Shown here: in pieces, positions 1-11,736 of the stretch
Position numbering within the stretch: the stretch's first letter is position 1
Layout of the letters: each line of letters begins with the position of its first letter
Assembly (NCBI GenBank): GCA_020536535.1
Contig: JAHLWZ010000970.1
Location: 1-35,584 of the forward strand
DNA: 35,584 bases
Reading direction: 5' to 3'
From: Pelomyxa schiedti
Lineage: Eukaryota > Protista > Evosea
The notes under the pieces: model-generated
Seen by the model: the letters and a program-made list of their open reading frames with translations, nothing else
Told to the model about the DNA's origin: nothing
Databases searched by the model: none
Translations under genes and position numbers: made by a program

Positions 1-1
1 A

Positions 2-56
2 GCCGAAAAAGACATCCATTAGGCGGAAAAAGGAATCCATTTGAGCGAAAAAAAAT
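2..56. repeat. Imperfect ~21-nt tandem repeat (2-3 units) at the window edge, downstream of the kinase stop
   Basis: gccgaaaaagacatccatt / ggcggaaaaaggaatccatt / gcgaaaaaaaa; may continue left of the window. Confidence 0.35.
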
Positions 57-138
57 GGTTGTGTTGATTTCATTTGGTTTTTCATTGGTTTGCCCGTTTT
101 TTGACTGAAACGTCCAATACATGACGTGAAGTGATCTA

Positions 139-2095
139 CTACGAGCCCATGGTGGCTCCTGGAGTATAGGAAAATCTATTGTATTGATTAGGCAAGAGGG
201 AATATGGTTGTATGCAGTTTTAGGGGATGAAAATACCCTGTGAACTTCTCCTGGTCAGATTGGAGGATGTTGGGTCGGTCATCTTGGGACTCAGTTGGCT
301 TTTTGGGAGTTAGTATTGTCGGTGACATTGTTATTTGAATTTATTAGTTCATTGGGCTAGTTTAGGAAGTAGAAGAATACAGGTTGAGCGGTGAAGTTCT
401 CGTCAATTTGGCTCATATCCGATGTTGTATCTTTCAGTGGGGGTATCCAGGGTGGAGTGACTCGTCTATTGTAAAGTGCTTCCCAGTCCATCGTTGCAAA
501 CCAGGGATGAGATTTCACTTCTTTGGCCGAAAAACGCCTCGCTGGGTCTTGTTGTAGAAGCTAGAGAAATAGAGGTAGTACAAAGCATTTTGGCTGAAGG
601 CATACCCCAGATATCAAAGAGCGAGCATCAGGGAGTACTTCTGCTGGGAATCGTATATCTCCAGTAAGAATTCTCTGGTACATTGTGGCATGATTGGGGT
701 TGTAGAATGGAGGCTGTGTGAAATTAAGTGCATACGCTAATGTACATGTACAAATACCAATCCTGTCAACATCTCATAGACGAGTGTGCCCAAACTCCAC
801 CAATCTACAGCTGTACCATGCTCTCTCCCTCTTAGCACCTCAGGGGCTAACAAGGTTTGAGTACTTTGGGTTAAAAAAAAAACAGTCCCTTACCTAGATA
901 CTCTGGAGTTCCACAAAATGTTGATGTTCCTCTATTAGGAGACAACTGCTTAGAGAGACCGAAATCAGTGATTCGAATGTGACCTGTACCACTGTGAAAA
1001 AAGGAAACTGGAACACAGATCACGTACCCTGGAAGTCGATCAGAATGTCTTGGAGGAAAAAAAGTGGGGGAAAATAATATTAGAGACCCAAATGTAGAAA
1101 GAAAAACGCTTACTTTCTGGTTTCAAATCTCTGGGAATAAGTAAGTTGAATTGAGACACAAAGAAAACAACAAAAAAAGTTACCTATAGACGATTCCAAG
1201 AGAATGTAAATGTTCAAGGGCAAGTGCAATCTCACCGGCATATAGCCGAGTCCTGGTCTCATCAAATTTATTTTCGTTCTTGAGATGCAAGAACAGTTCG
1301 CCTCCATTTACAAAGTCCATAACCATGTAAAGCTTTTCAGGGGTCTGTGATTCTATTCAGAATAGAATGGGAAGTAATTTTTTTTTTTTGACCTGGAAGG
1401 CATAATGGAGCTTCACAATGAAAGGGTGCTCCACTTGTTGCATAATGACTTTCTCAGATAGGGTATGTGCAACCTGAAAATTATATCTTGGTGAATAGGA
1501 AGAAACCAAAAAAAAAGAAAATAATAAATAAATCAAAATAGATGGTACCTGTTTGCGTGCAATTATTGCACTTTTCTTCAGGACTTTCATGGCATAGATG
1601 TGGTGGTCATCATTCTTCTCAACACGTAAAACCTACGGAGCCAATTAATAAAGAATTTCAGCTACAAAGGTACAATAAAAGTGACAGGAGTTTACCTTCC
1701 CAAAGCTTCCTCTTCCAACCACTGTAAGTGCCTAAGATTTATCTTGAGATATCGCAAAAACCGAAGAGGTGAGGGTGTATCATTACCGTGAAATCTGCCT
1801 TGGTCACCTTTTGTGCCGTTTTGCTGTATAACACGCCAGTGGGTTGCTCGTTCAAAATCTGATCCAGTGGCGCGTACTCGTCCTCATTGTAGCCGTGCAG
1901 ATCTTCACCAGGAGGATCGCCGGACGGCGTTGACGTAGTAGCTGTGCTAGATGTCGTAGATGAGGTTGTGGTCGGATCTGCGTGCGCGGGCGAGGACGTG
2001 GCGCCCTTGCTGCCTTTGGTTTTCTTGGGCTTTTTGGGTGTCTTTACTTTCTTTGGTGGCTTGTCCTTCTTGGTTTTGCCTGGTTGGTTGCCCAT
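139..2095 (-). CDS. AGC-family Ser/Thr protein kinase (PKB/SGK-like, PKBR1-type: N-myristoylated, no PH domain), multi-exon
   Basis: Manual splicing gives MGNQPGK...; [10 protein letters not shown] (Gly loop); YAMKVLKK; [12 protein letters not shown]; GGELF; YRDLKPENIL; DFGLSK; [12 protein letters not shown]; AVDWWSLG; C-terminal hydrophobic motif KFTGFSY; stop TAG at 139-141. First intron 1732-1786. Confidence 0.95.
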
Positions 2096-2564
2096 CTCCT
2101 TTGTTACTTGTGTTACTTTATACGTTACAACGACTCAATAAACCACCACCAACAAGTAGACGAAAAAACTTGTTTTTTTTTTTTTGGTTGTTTGTTTTCA
2201 GTGGGACACGAAATACTCCACTGTTCTTGGGTTCGGTGCTGCTTTTTGCCCAAAATCAACAACAAGATCCAAACTTACCAATCAGCAGCAAGCACAGCCT
2301 TCCTTAAAAGGATGGATCTCAACGGTGTCCCCGGCAGCGTAAGTCCTTCTCAGATCTGGGAGTTTGTTCTCTCTCCCCTTGGGAACTGTTTCCAGCCCCC
2401 CCGGCCATGGACCCGGAATCGGATCTGGGGCAGAGTGCACAGCACATCGACGTATTTACATTTCCTTCCAAATTTGGGAGCATTCTCCTTCCTGAAACCT
2501 GATATCACGGAACAAACCGAAAAAAAAAAAGGTTCCCGTCCAGCGACACACTTTGTTGGTGGTG

Positions 2565-5207
2565 ATGGGTGTTGTCAAGATTTTTACTGTGTGCTTCTTG
2601 TCCCTGCACCTTGCTGGTTAGCCCCCCATAAGTGAAATGTAAAAATTGTGTGTCCCGTCCCATCTCACTCACACTTTTTCTTTTTTCCGCCCCGTTCCGC
2701 AATCAGTGTTGGTTGCTGGGGCACCAACATGTGGCCCTGATGTTACTCTGTGGTTGGCCCAGCAGATGGACTCGGCCAGGACTCAGACCGACCAGGTTCT
2801 GGCCTCAGGCGGCGACTCCTTCGTCGCCCTGCTGTCGAACACCTCGGGCTCAATGGCCTACTCCCTCAGGCCCAGCCTGTCGTACGCGGCCGAAACTTCG
2901 TGTCCGGCGGGAGTCGAACCCGCGACCCAGTGCGTCGATTCCACCGGCGCCGGCACGGTCACGCTGTGCGGGGACTTTTGCGTGACCCCAGATATAGCTA
3001 TTTTGATTGCTTATGGGTATGCCTCGGCTCCGTTGTCTGGAACTGCTCTGTTTGGCGCTATCTCACAAAACGCACTTTCTCCTCCAACTGCGGCGGCCGT
3101 GGCCGTACTTATGGGTGTGTACTTGAGGTCGAGATATACTGACGCCCTGCTGGCTGAAAACACCCCACGCATGTGCACCTTGTTGAAGGGCGAGAGGTTC
3201 AACATAATGCCAAAACTTCTATTCACTGGGATGTGTGGAGACATATATGCTCAGGATGCTCTTTATTCAGCAGAGGGTCTGGGTGGAATGACAATTGCTG
3301 AGTGGGAGAGCCAGAACAGCGCCGTTCTGTGTGACTTGACTGAAAGTTTGTTGTATACAATGAGGCCTGAGAGTATGGGAACTTGGATGTCCCTGGTGGG
3401 TGTAAGTGGATGCGCTGCATGTGCTTCTGTTTTCAATGCTCCCAGTTTGGCTCCTATTTCTCATGTTCCGATGGTGTGTAACCGATTTTTCCCCTGCCAA
3501 CTTATAACTGAATTCAGCAATCTCTGCGAGGTTTCGAATCTGGGTTAAAAGCAAGGGTTATTACCATTATTAAAAATTGAACATCAAATGTACTCATAGA
3601 GTTTAGGATGTAACAACTACCTGTGATTCATTTCCACGAACTTCGTCTGATTGGGCTACATGCAACCGTTGGGGAGTTGTAGTCCACTCTACTACCTCTC
3701 CAGCCGTTGATAAACGTGCATATTCAGTTCGTGCTGATGGAAATTGGTATTCTCATACACATGCACATATTCTGATAACTCTTCACAAGCCTCCTCGAAC
3801 AACTGAATTTTAAGACCCTTTTGGAAGAAATGGCAGTAATGGATTCAATATGGTATCTACCTCAATTATTCCTCGTCAAGCCTAAATGTTGTTCGAGTGT
3901 ACCTTCTGTTCTTGCTGAGTTCACATCACAACTGGAAGTCATTCTTGAATTGTGTGCTTGCCCCAGTTTTATTGAAATTGCAAGGCCACTACTTTCTTTT
4001 GGGCAAGTGTTGTGCAACTCACAGCCAGTATATACAAACGTGACAGGTAACAACTGTACCCAATACTACAGCTATTTACATGAATTTTTCCACAGGAGAA
4101 CAATGCTTTAAACAACTGGTGCTTAAGATTGTTGACATTCCCCGACTGGATCTTGTCATCCTTCCTGTTTGTATTCCCTGTGCGAGTGAAATCCTTGGAA
4201 GAGAAAACATGGGACTGGCATATGACATGATGTGCCAGATTCAAATGGATTATTGGGGGCCAACTGATAGCAGGTGAGGTTTCTCTTGTTATCCGAAAAC
4301 TCAAAACCATAGTTGCATGGGTGTGTTCAATGAGACACTTGGAGATCCAAGTATCCCTGCTTTGCCTTCTGACTGTTTGGTTCCCTTGACATCTTCTGGG
4401 GACATCGTTGAGGGGTGGGATTCCACGGATATTCCATCCTACTGTGCTGACATTTACGTTAAAATCTCAAATAAACTGAGGTGCTGCTGCAACATATACA
4501 ATGATATGCTGGAAATCCGTGGTTATAGAGCCGGTCTCGACGGCCTTGTGTGCTCTCCTTGCTCTGAAATTGCCTTCAAGATGACAATCGGAGTGTCTGG
4601 CTTTGATTGGGATCAGGCAACAAGCAACATTGGGGTTTACGCCCTTCAGCAGATGGCACAGGATGAATTATCACATCGCCTGCCTGTAGTTTCTCGCCCA
4701 GATTTTATCCAAGGGGTTACTATTGCCAAAGCAGCAGGCGGCAAACGCGATAACATTGATGCGTCAATTGAAGTTACAGTATGATCTTCCCGATTAATCA
4801 TTCTACTCAATGAACTCTCAGTATCAAACGATATACGATGATGCCGCAATTGAGGTTTTCGATGAGGTCGTCGAAGGAGATACCCTAGTGTATGTAAAAA
4901 CACCCAAATAGAAATATACTGCCAATTCAAATTCTAGTCATAATAATAATATTAGTCCCCAAGTATCAGTCAGGCACTCACCCATAATAGAGAAATGACG
5001 GACTTCATTTCCAACGCCACCGAGGTCTTTGACACAGTTGTCATCACCTCTGTTGAAATATCCTGCGAGTCACCAGACGCCTGCCCCTCGATGTCCAACT
5101 CGCTGTCGTCCTCATCAGTCCCGCAGGAACCCTCATCAGGGTCCTCGTTGTACTGCTCACTGGGATTTGCGGTTCTCTCTGTGTTGGTGGCCTTCCTTGT
5201 ATTGTAA
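2565..5207 (+). CDS. Cys-rich secreted, probably GPI-anchored surface protein of unknown family, multi-exon
   Basis: ATG 2565 plus an intron gives signal peptide MGVVKIFTVCFLSLHLA|VLVAG-AP. Long Cys-containing exons (2711-3528, ~4310-4779). Last exon has a Ser-rich spacer then a terminal hydrophobic tail (SSGSSLYCSLGFAVLSVLVAFLVL*). Some internal junctions unresolved. Confidence 0.7.
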
Positions 5208-5329
5208 CAAAACAACAAAAATTTTCGCGTTTGGAATCAATCCTTTTCTTTTTTTTTAATTCGTTCCGTTTCGGTGTGTCTGTCACAAAGGTACAACGGG
5301 GAAGAAAATGTGCATGGAATATCAACAGG

Positions 5330-6888
5330 CTACGCCAAAATACAGTTGTTGCCTGGAGCAGGCAGTTCGGGCTTGGTGTACATTGTAAGCAGGTTCCAAA
5401 CAAATTCAGGTCTGCCGGGTGGGAAGTTGTGCTTTGCTTCTAGTTCGTGGAACGCCACGTGCCACCCGTGGGATTCAAATGCCTTTCGGGCATCATGGCA
5501 TGGTTTCCGATTATCCTCTGTGCATAGTGAGTCCGGAGACAGAAAAATGGGGTACAAACCGTATAAGCCAGTGACTATGATGAAAGGGGTCTTTCTAGTT
5601 GGAATGAGGAACTTCCGCTCCAACTCGTCTTCAAGCTCTTTGCGTATTTCTTCTTCTAACCAAGCGTTTCCTACCTGCCAAAACGTCAGAAATAAAGGTG
5701 AGAAAACACGTGGTACCTCAACTCCTCCCATATGATTGCAAATTGCGGCAAAGCGTTGGTCAATCAGGAGTGCCAAGTCCGACATGAAAATTCCGCCATT
5801 CGAATGTCCACAGGCGTAAATTCGAGTGCCGTCCACAGGAAAAGCTTCAAACATGAAATCTAACACAGTGTTCACATATGCAATATCTTCATCTCCTGGA
5901 AGCCACACATGCTCTCCCTCACTAATGAATTTCGATTCGGTATGTCGTGATTCTCCAAAGACAAGTAACACTCGATCCCTTTCAGCTATTCGTTGCCAAC
6001 CACTGTCAGTTTCTGGCAGTTCAACGGGTTTTCCATCAGTTGTGCCGCGGACCAGCCTCTCCCGGTGATATTGTTGTTGCCAGAGGGATGATCGAGTTGC
6101 ATCTCTTTATGGAATGAGTTGTTAACAAGACAAAAGAAAAGAAAATAAAAATACTGTCCAGTTCCATGGAATAAGAAAATAAGCGGGAAAGGTCCAGTTG
6201 CATCGCGTGCAGCGGAAGTGGCAGTGCTAGTATGTTTCTCAGCAGCATGCGTTTCTGCTTGCGCCGCAGCTGCAGAATCCGCAGTGGATGTAGCTGACTC
6301 AGCTACTACTGCCGGGTCTGCTTGCTCCTTAACAGAAGGCTCCTTGGGCGAGTCTCCCACCGCATTCTTGGTTGTTTCTTCAGAAGACACGACCCGGCCC
6401 CCGAGTGGTTTCACAGGTTCGGAACCTTCGCCGGAGTTCACGGGGGCCAGGACCGTGTGGTCTTCCTCCTGCGTCGACTGCGTCGAAGTAGTGGCAGCAG
6501 TAGTAGTGGACGTTGTGGTCTGGGAGACTGGGTCCGTGTCATGCGCATGCTCCTCAGCCGCCGACGCATACGGGATTTTGTCGGGATTGTGGTGGCGATC
6601 TCGGACAGGGGCGGCGGTTGGGGTGGCGACGTTGCTGCTGCTGTTGTCGTTGTGCTCATCCGTGGACGACGACGACGACGATGATGGGGGCGGAGTGGCA
6701 TAATACGGGGATGCGCCTCGGCACGCGGAGCAGGGCTCAGTGAGGCTGTTGGGAACGAATACGACGAAGCGGCGGCGCTGCGTGAATTGGCTCCCGGTGA
6801 GGTGGAACTCGTGAGCAAGGCCGTGCTCGTGCCCTATGGGCGCTGCTGAGCGTTCGATTCGGTTGCCTCCCGAAACCCACGCACCCAT
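5330..6888 (-). CDS. Alpha/beta-hydrolase, LpqC / PHB-depolymerase-like esterase with a long low-complexity insertion
   Basis: RRFVVFVP...PLIFLFHGTGQDA (spliced), WQRIAERDRVLLVF, nucleophile elbow IYACGHSNGG, RFAAI, candidate Asp (EDNR) and His (AKHNFP). N-terminus MGAWVS; C-terminus CILA*. Confidence 0.8.
6665..6685 (-). repeat. (GAC/GAT)7 trinucleotide run encoding poly-Ser in the esterase insertion
   Basis: gacgacgacgacgacgatgat on +, read as TCN codons on -. Confidence 0.8.
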
Positions 6889-7095
6889 TAAAACTGAAAA
6901 GTTGGTGCTTTCTCAGAAAGGGCGTTTCGGTCTGAGAGCCAGTAGGCTCCGAACCCCGAATGGACTGAAGGATATCACCTACCTCGGAAATTCCTGTTCG
7001 TTGGAGAGTCGAGCTTCAACAAGATGTCGAGGATGACCCAATGCCCTTGATTGGATGACCTAACTTTGTCTCCCCTTTTCCCCTGGGAGAAGAAA

Positions 7096-8379
7096 ATGCA
7101 ACAACCAAACCCGAGCGGCCACGCAACCACGTGGTCGCCGACAACAACAGACACCACCGACTCGTTTGTAGTGGCCCCGACCCACCCCCTAACCCATTTT
7201 TATCTATCTTCGCCGTATACTCCCCTTCCGCTGGGAGCAGAGTGCGGGGACCTGGCCGACCAATGGCCCCCCCTCACCCCCTTGCTCCCTCCCCCGATCA
7301 GCGCCACTGCCACTGCCACTGCCACTGCCACTGCCATTGCCTCTGCTACTACTGCTACCACTACTGGCACGCGGACCACCACCGCCGAGGACAGCAGCGG
7401 CACCACCAGCCCGGACACGCCCCTCCCTTCGTCGGGCTCTCCTCAACAAATAGGTGTGAACAGCAATGGGGGCTCCATCCCGCCTGAACCCAACCAGCTG
7501 GGGTACCAGCCAAACTTGGGATATGGCCAACCGGTCCTGCCGATCCGAAATGTATGTTACTTTTATTACGGGATTTTTGGCATAGTGTTAAGATTCCTAT
7601 AGATTGTAATCCCAGGTCAGCTGGTGACCAACTACACTGCTTCCAGTGCTTCTCCACCGGACTTTCAGAGCCCTTTGGTTTTGCCCCCACTTCCTGCTTT
7701 GTTTTTGCCCTGTGACATGATGCCTGAATTCACTTCATGTCTGGAATGGAAGGATTTCCAGTGCGAAAAATTCATCAAGTGCTCACTACTAACAACCTCT
7801 ATTTGTGAACTGGAGAAAACCTGCCAGTGTGGAATTATCAGCTCCCTTGCAGAATGTAGTTTTCTTCTTCTACATTTGACACTCGTTAACATTCTAATTT
7901 TTGGGTACAGTTAAAGAATTCCATAGACGGGTTATCTTTTTAAAGGATCCCTCTGTTGCCTGGCCATTCCAAGTGTTGCCAGATCTCGTCTGTCTGGCAT
8001 ATTTTTGCAAGGTTGATAATTCTGGTTGGAAGGGAGGTGCATCACACACAAAGGGGCAAACAGGCATTCTTATGAAGCGCTACAGAGTAAAGGAGGTACA
8101 CCTTACTCAACTCCCACCATTTCCAACAGTTCACAGGATTACCACAAAGACATCATCACAATGAAAGGCCAACCCATGTGTCAAAGCGTTTCGGCTGTCA
8201 TGATATTCACCAAGGTTCCGATTCTTACATCTGTCCCAGTTCAGCTGAATTATGCCGTTCGCAATCTTGAGGACGTTAGAGACTTGGTACTGAGCATTAT
8301 GAATGCAGAAAGCAAGAAACACCACCATAAGCAACACAACCGCACTCACAAACACCGTCACCACACTCAAAAGTCCTAA
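7096..8379 (+). CDS. Hypothetical protein: Pro/Thr-rich N-terminus, Cys-containing folded region, His/Lys-rich C-terminal tail
   Basis: ATG 7096; GT-AG splicing joins ORF fragments 7051-7602, 7624-7914, 7901-8164 and 8026-8379; ends ...KKHHHKQHNRTHKHRHHTQKS*. No family recognised. Confidence 0.6.
7303..7338 (+). repeat. (GCCACT)5 plus one imperfect copy, encoding an Ala-Thr dipeptide repeat
   Basis: gccact x5 followed by gccatt, in frame as ATATATATATAI. Confidence 0.9.
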
Positions 8380-8491
8380 TTTATGATTTGGCTTTAACAG
8401 TTGGGAAAAAAAAACACCAAAGTGGGTGAGAAAAGTTGACTTGTGAAGGGGCACTACTATGTTCTATTTTAGTGGGCTGCAATTAAGGGGC

Positions 8492-10531
<2,040 letters not shown>

Positions 10532-10765
10532 CTCTACTTGCTTGTTCCTTGGCTAATTTATTTTGTTGTTTTTTTGATTGTCACTTTTAAACGGGCACTT
10601 TTTTGTTATGATCTTTTTCTGGACCAGAAACGCCTTAGCGGAAGTACCAACTGTCCGGGAAGTTTCGTTTTTGTCTGACTTCATAGCCCAACATAAGGGG
10701 TCTGATGTCACTTCGACAAGCAATTCAAATCAATCATTTTACATGTCCACGGACAACACAAAGGG

Positions 10766-11262
10766 TTATGGTTCTGGTTTTGTTCGGAGGAGGGAGCACA
10801 CGCAAAACGGGGGTATGTATGCAATCACGGGCCCTGAATTGGTGGTTGTTTGGTGTTGGGCAAACCGGCACCTTTGTGGAGCTGTTCGGCTACAAAGAGC
10901 TCCATGTCATCAAACACTTCTTGGGTGAGGTTTCTGGATAGTTCTTCTAGGGCATGTGTGAGTCCCTCTATGGTTTTTTTTATTTCCGAGTGTTCCCTTT
11001 CTGGTGGTTAGTTGTTGGGTACTCAGATTGTTGTGTTTGGAGTGGGGAGTACAGACTTGGTTTGTTTTTCTAGTTCGGTGTCATTCTTTTCGCACATTTC
11101 CTTTAACATTGCAATCTCTTTGTCAAGTGAGGAAATTCTCGCTTCTGCACCACTGATTATCTGCTTGTTTTCTTCAATCCGGAGTTTCCTGTAGGTTTGC
11201 TTTCGAATCAATGCATTTCTTTTACTGTCTATCTCTTCAGCTTCCTCTCTTAATCTCTGCAT
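10766..11262 (-). CDS. Small coiled-coil hypothetical protein; 5' end and splicing uncertain
   Basis: MQRLREEAEEIDSKRNALIRKQTYRKLRIEENKQ...ISSLDKEIAMLKEMCEKNDTELEKQTK, probably spliced to EHSEIKKTIEGLTHALEELSRNL...; heptad-like charge pattern. Confidence 0.45.
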
Positions 11263-11736
11263 TAGTTCGTATGAATGGGGGGAAAAAAAACAGGTGAACA
11301 AGTTAGCAGTGACGGAAAAGAAGCAAATGAGCAACAAAACCTTGGAAGAGGATGCCCTCAGTTAGTTCCAACACCGCCGTGACGTTTGTAAAAAAAAAAA
11401 AAGTTAGATTGGGCCGCGTGTCACGATGCATCGTTGCATATTCGGGAACAAAACCATCCTTGTTGTCTTCAACGTCTCGACAAACCAGCAAACGCCCCTT
11501 TCTCGCTTGTCGGGTCTCCTCCGTCAGCGGCGTCCGTCTACCTATTTTTTTTTATGTTTTCGTGACACCTCATGGAGATTATCAAATCCTTGTGGTTGAA
11601 AGGCAGGGGAGTGCTGCCAACCAATACTCAAATTCAAGCTAACGAGGTGATTTGGATTTGCCCGTTGAGGCGTATGTTGCCACAAGTTGCCCGGACACGC
11701 GAAGAGGTGCCAAGAGACCAAGTTAGAACCCGAAAA

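Noticed and set aside
2282-2500. Possible small minus-strand protein ending in CACC (prenylation-like)
   Set aside because: Recounting the G run at 2396-2402 shows the attractive halves are in different frames, and there is no ATG; more likely kinase 5'UTR/promoter.
1982-2635. 217-aa + strand ORF overlapping the kinase 5' end
   Set aside because: It is antisense to kinase exon 1 and runs through poly-T promoter tracts; the real + strand gene starts at ATG 2565 in another frame with a clean signal peptide.
6218-6818. Several overlapping Arg- or Ala-rich ORFs on both strands
   Set aside because: Shadows of the GC-rich, low-complexity esterase insertion.
7204-7530. Minus-strand ORF with a GSGSGSGSG linker-like repeat
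   Set aside because: Antisense reading of the (GCCACT)n Ala-Thr repeat in the + strand gene; not a synthetic linker.
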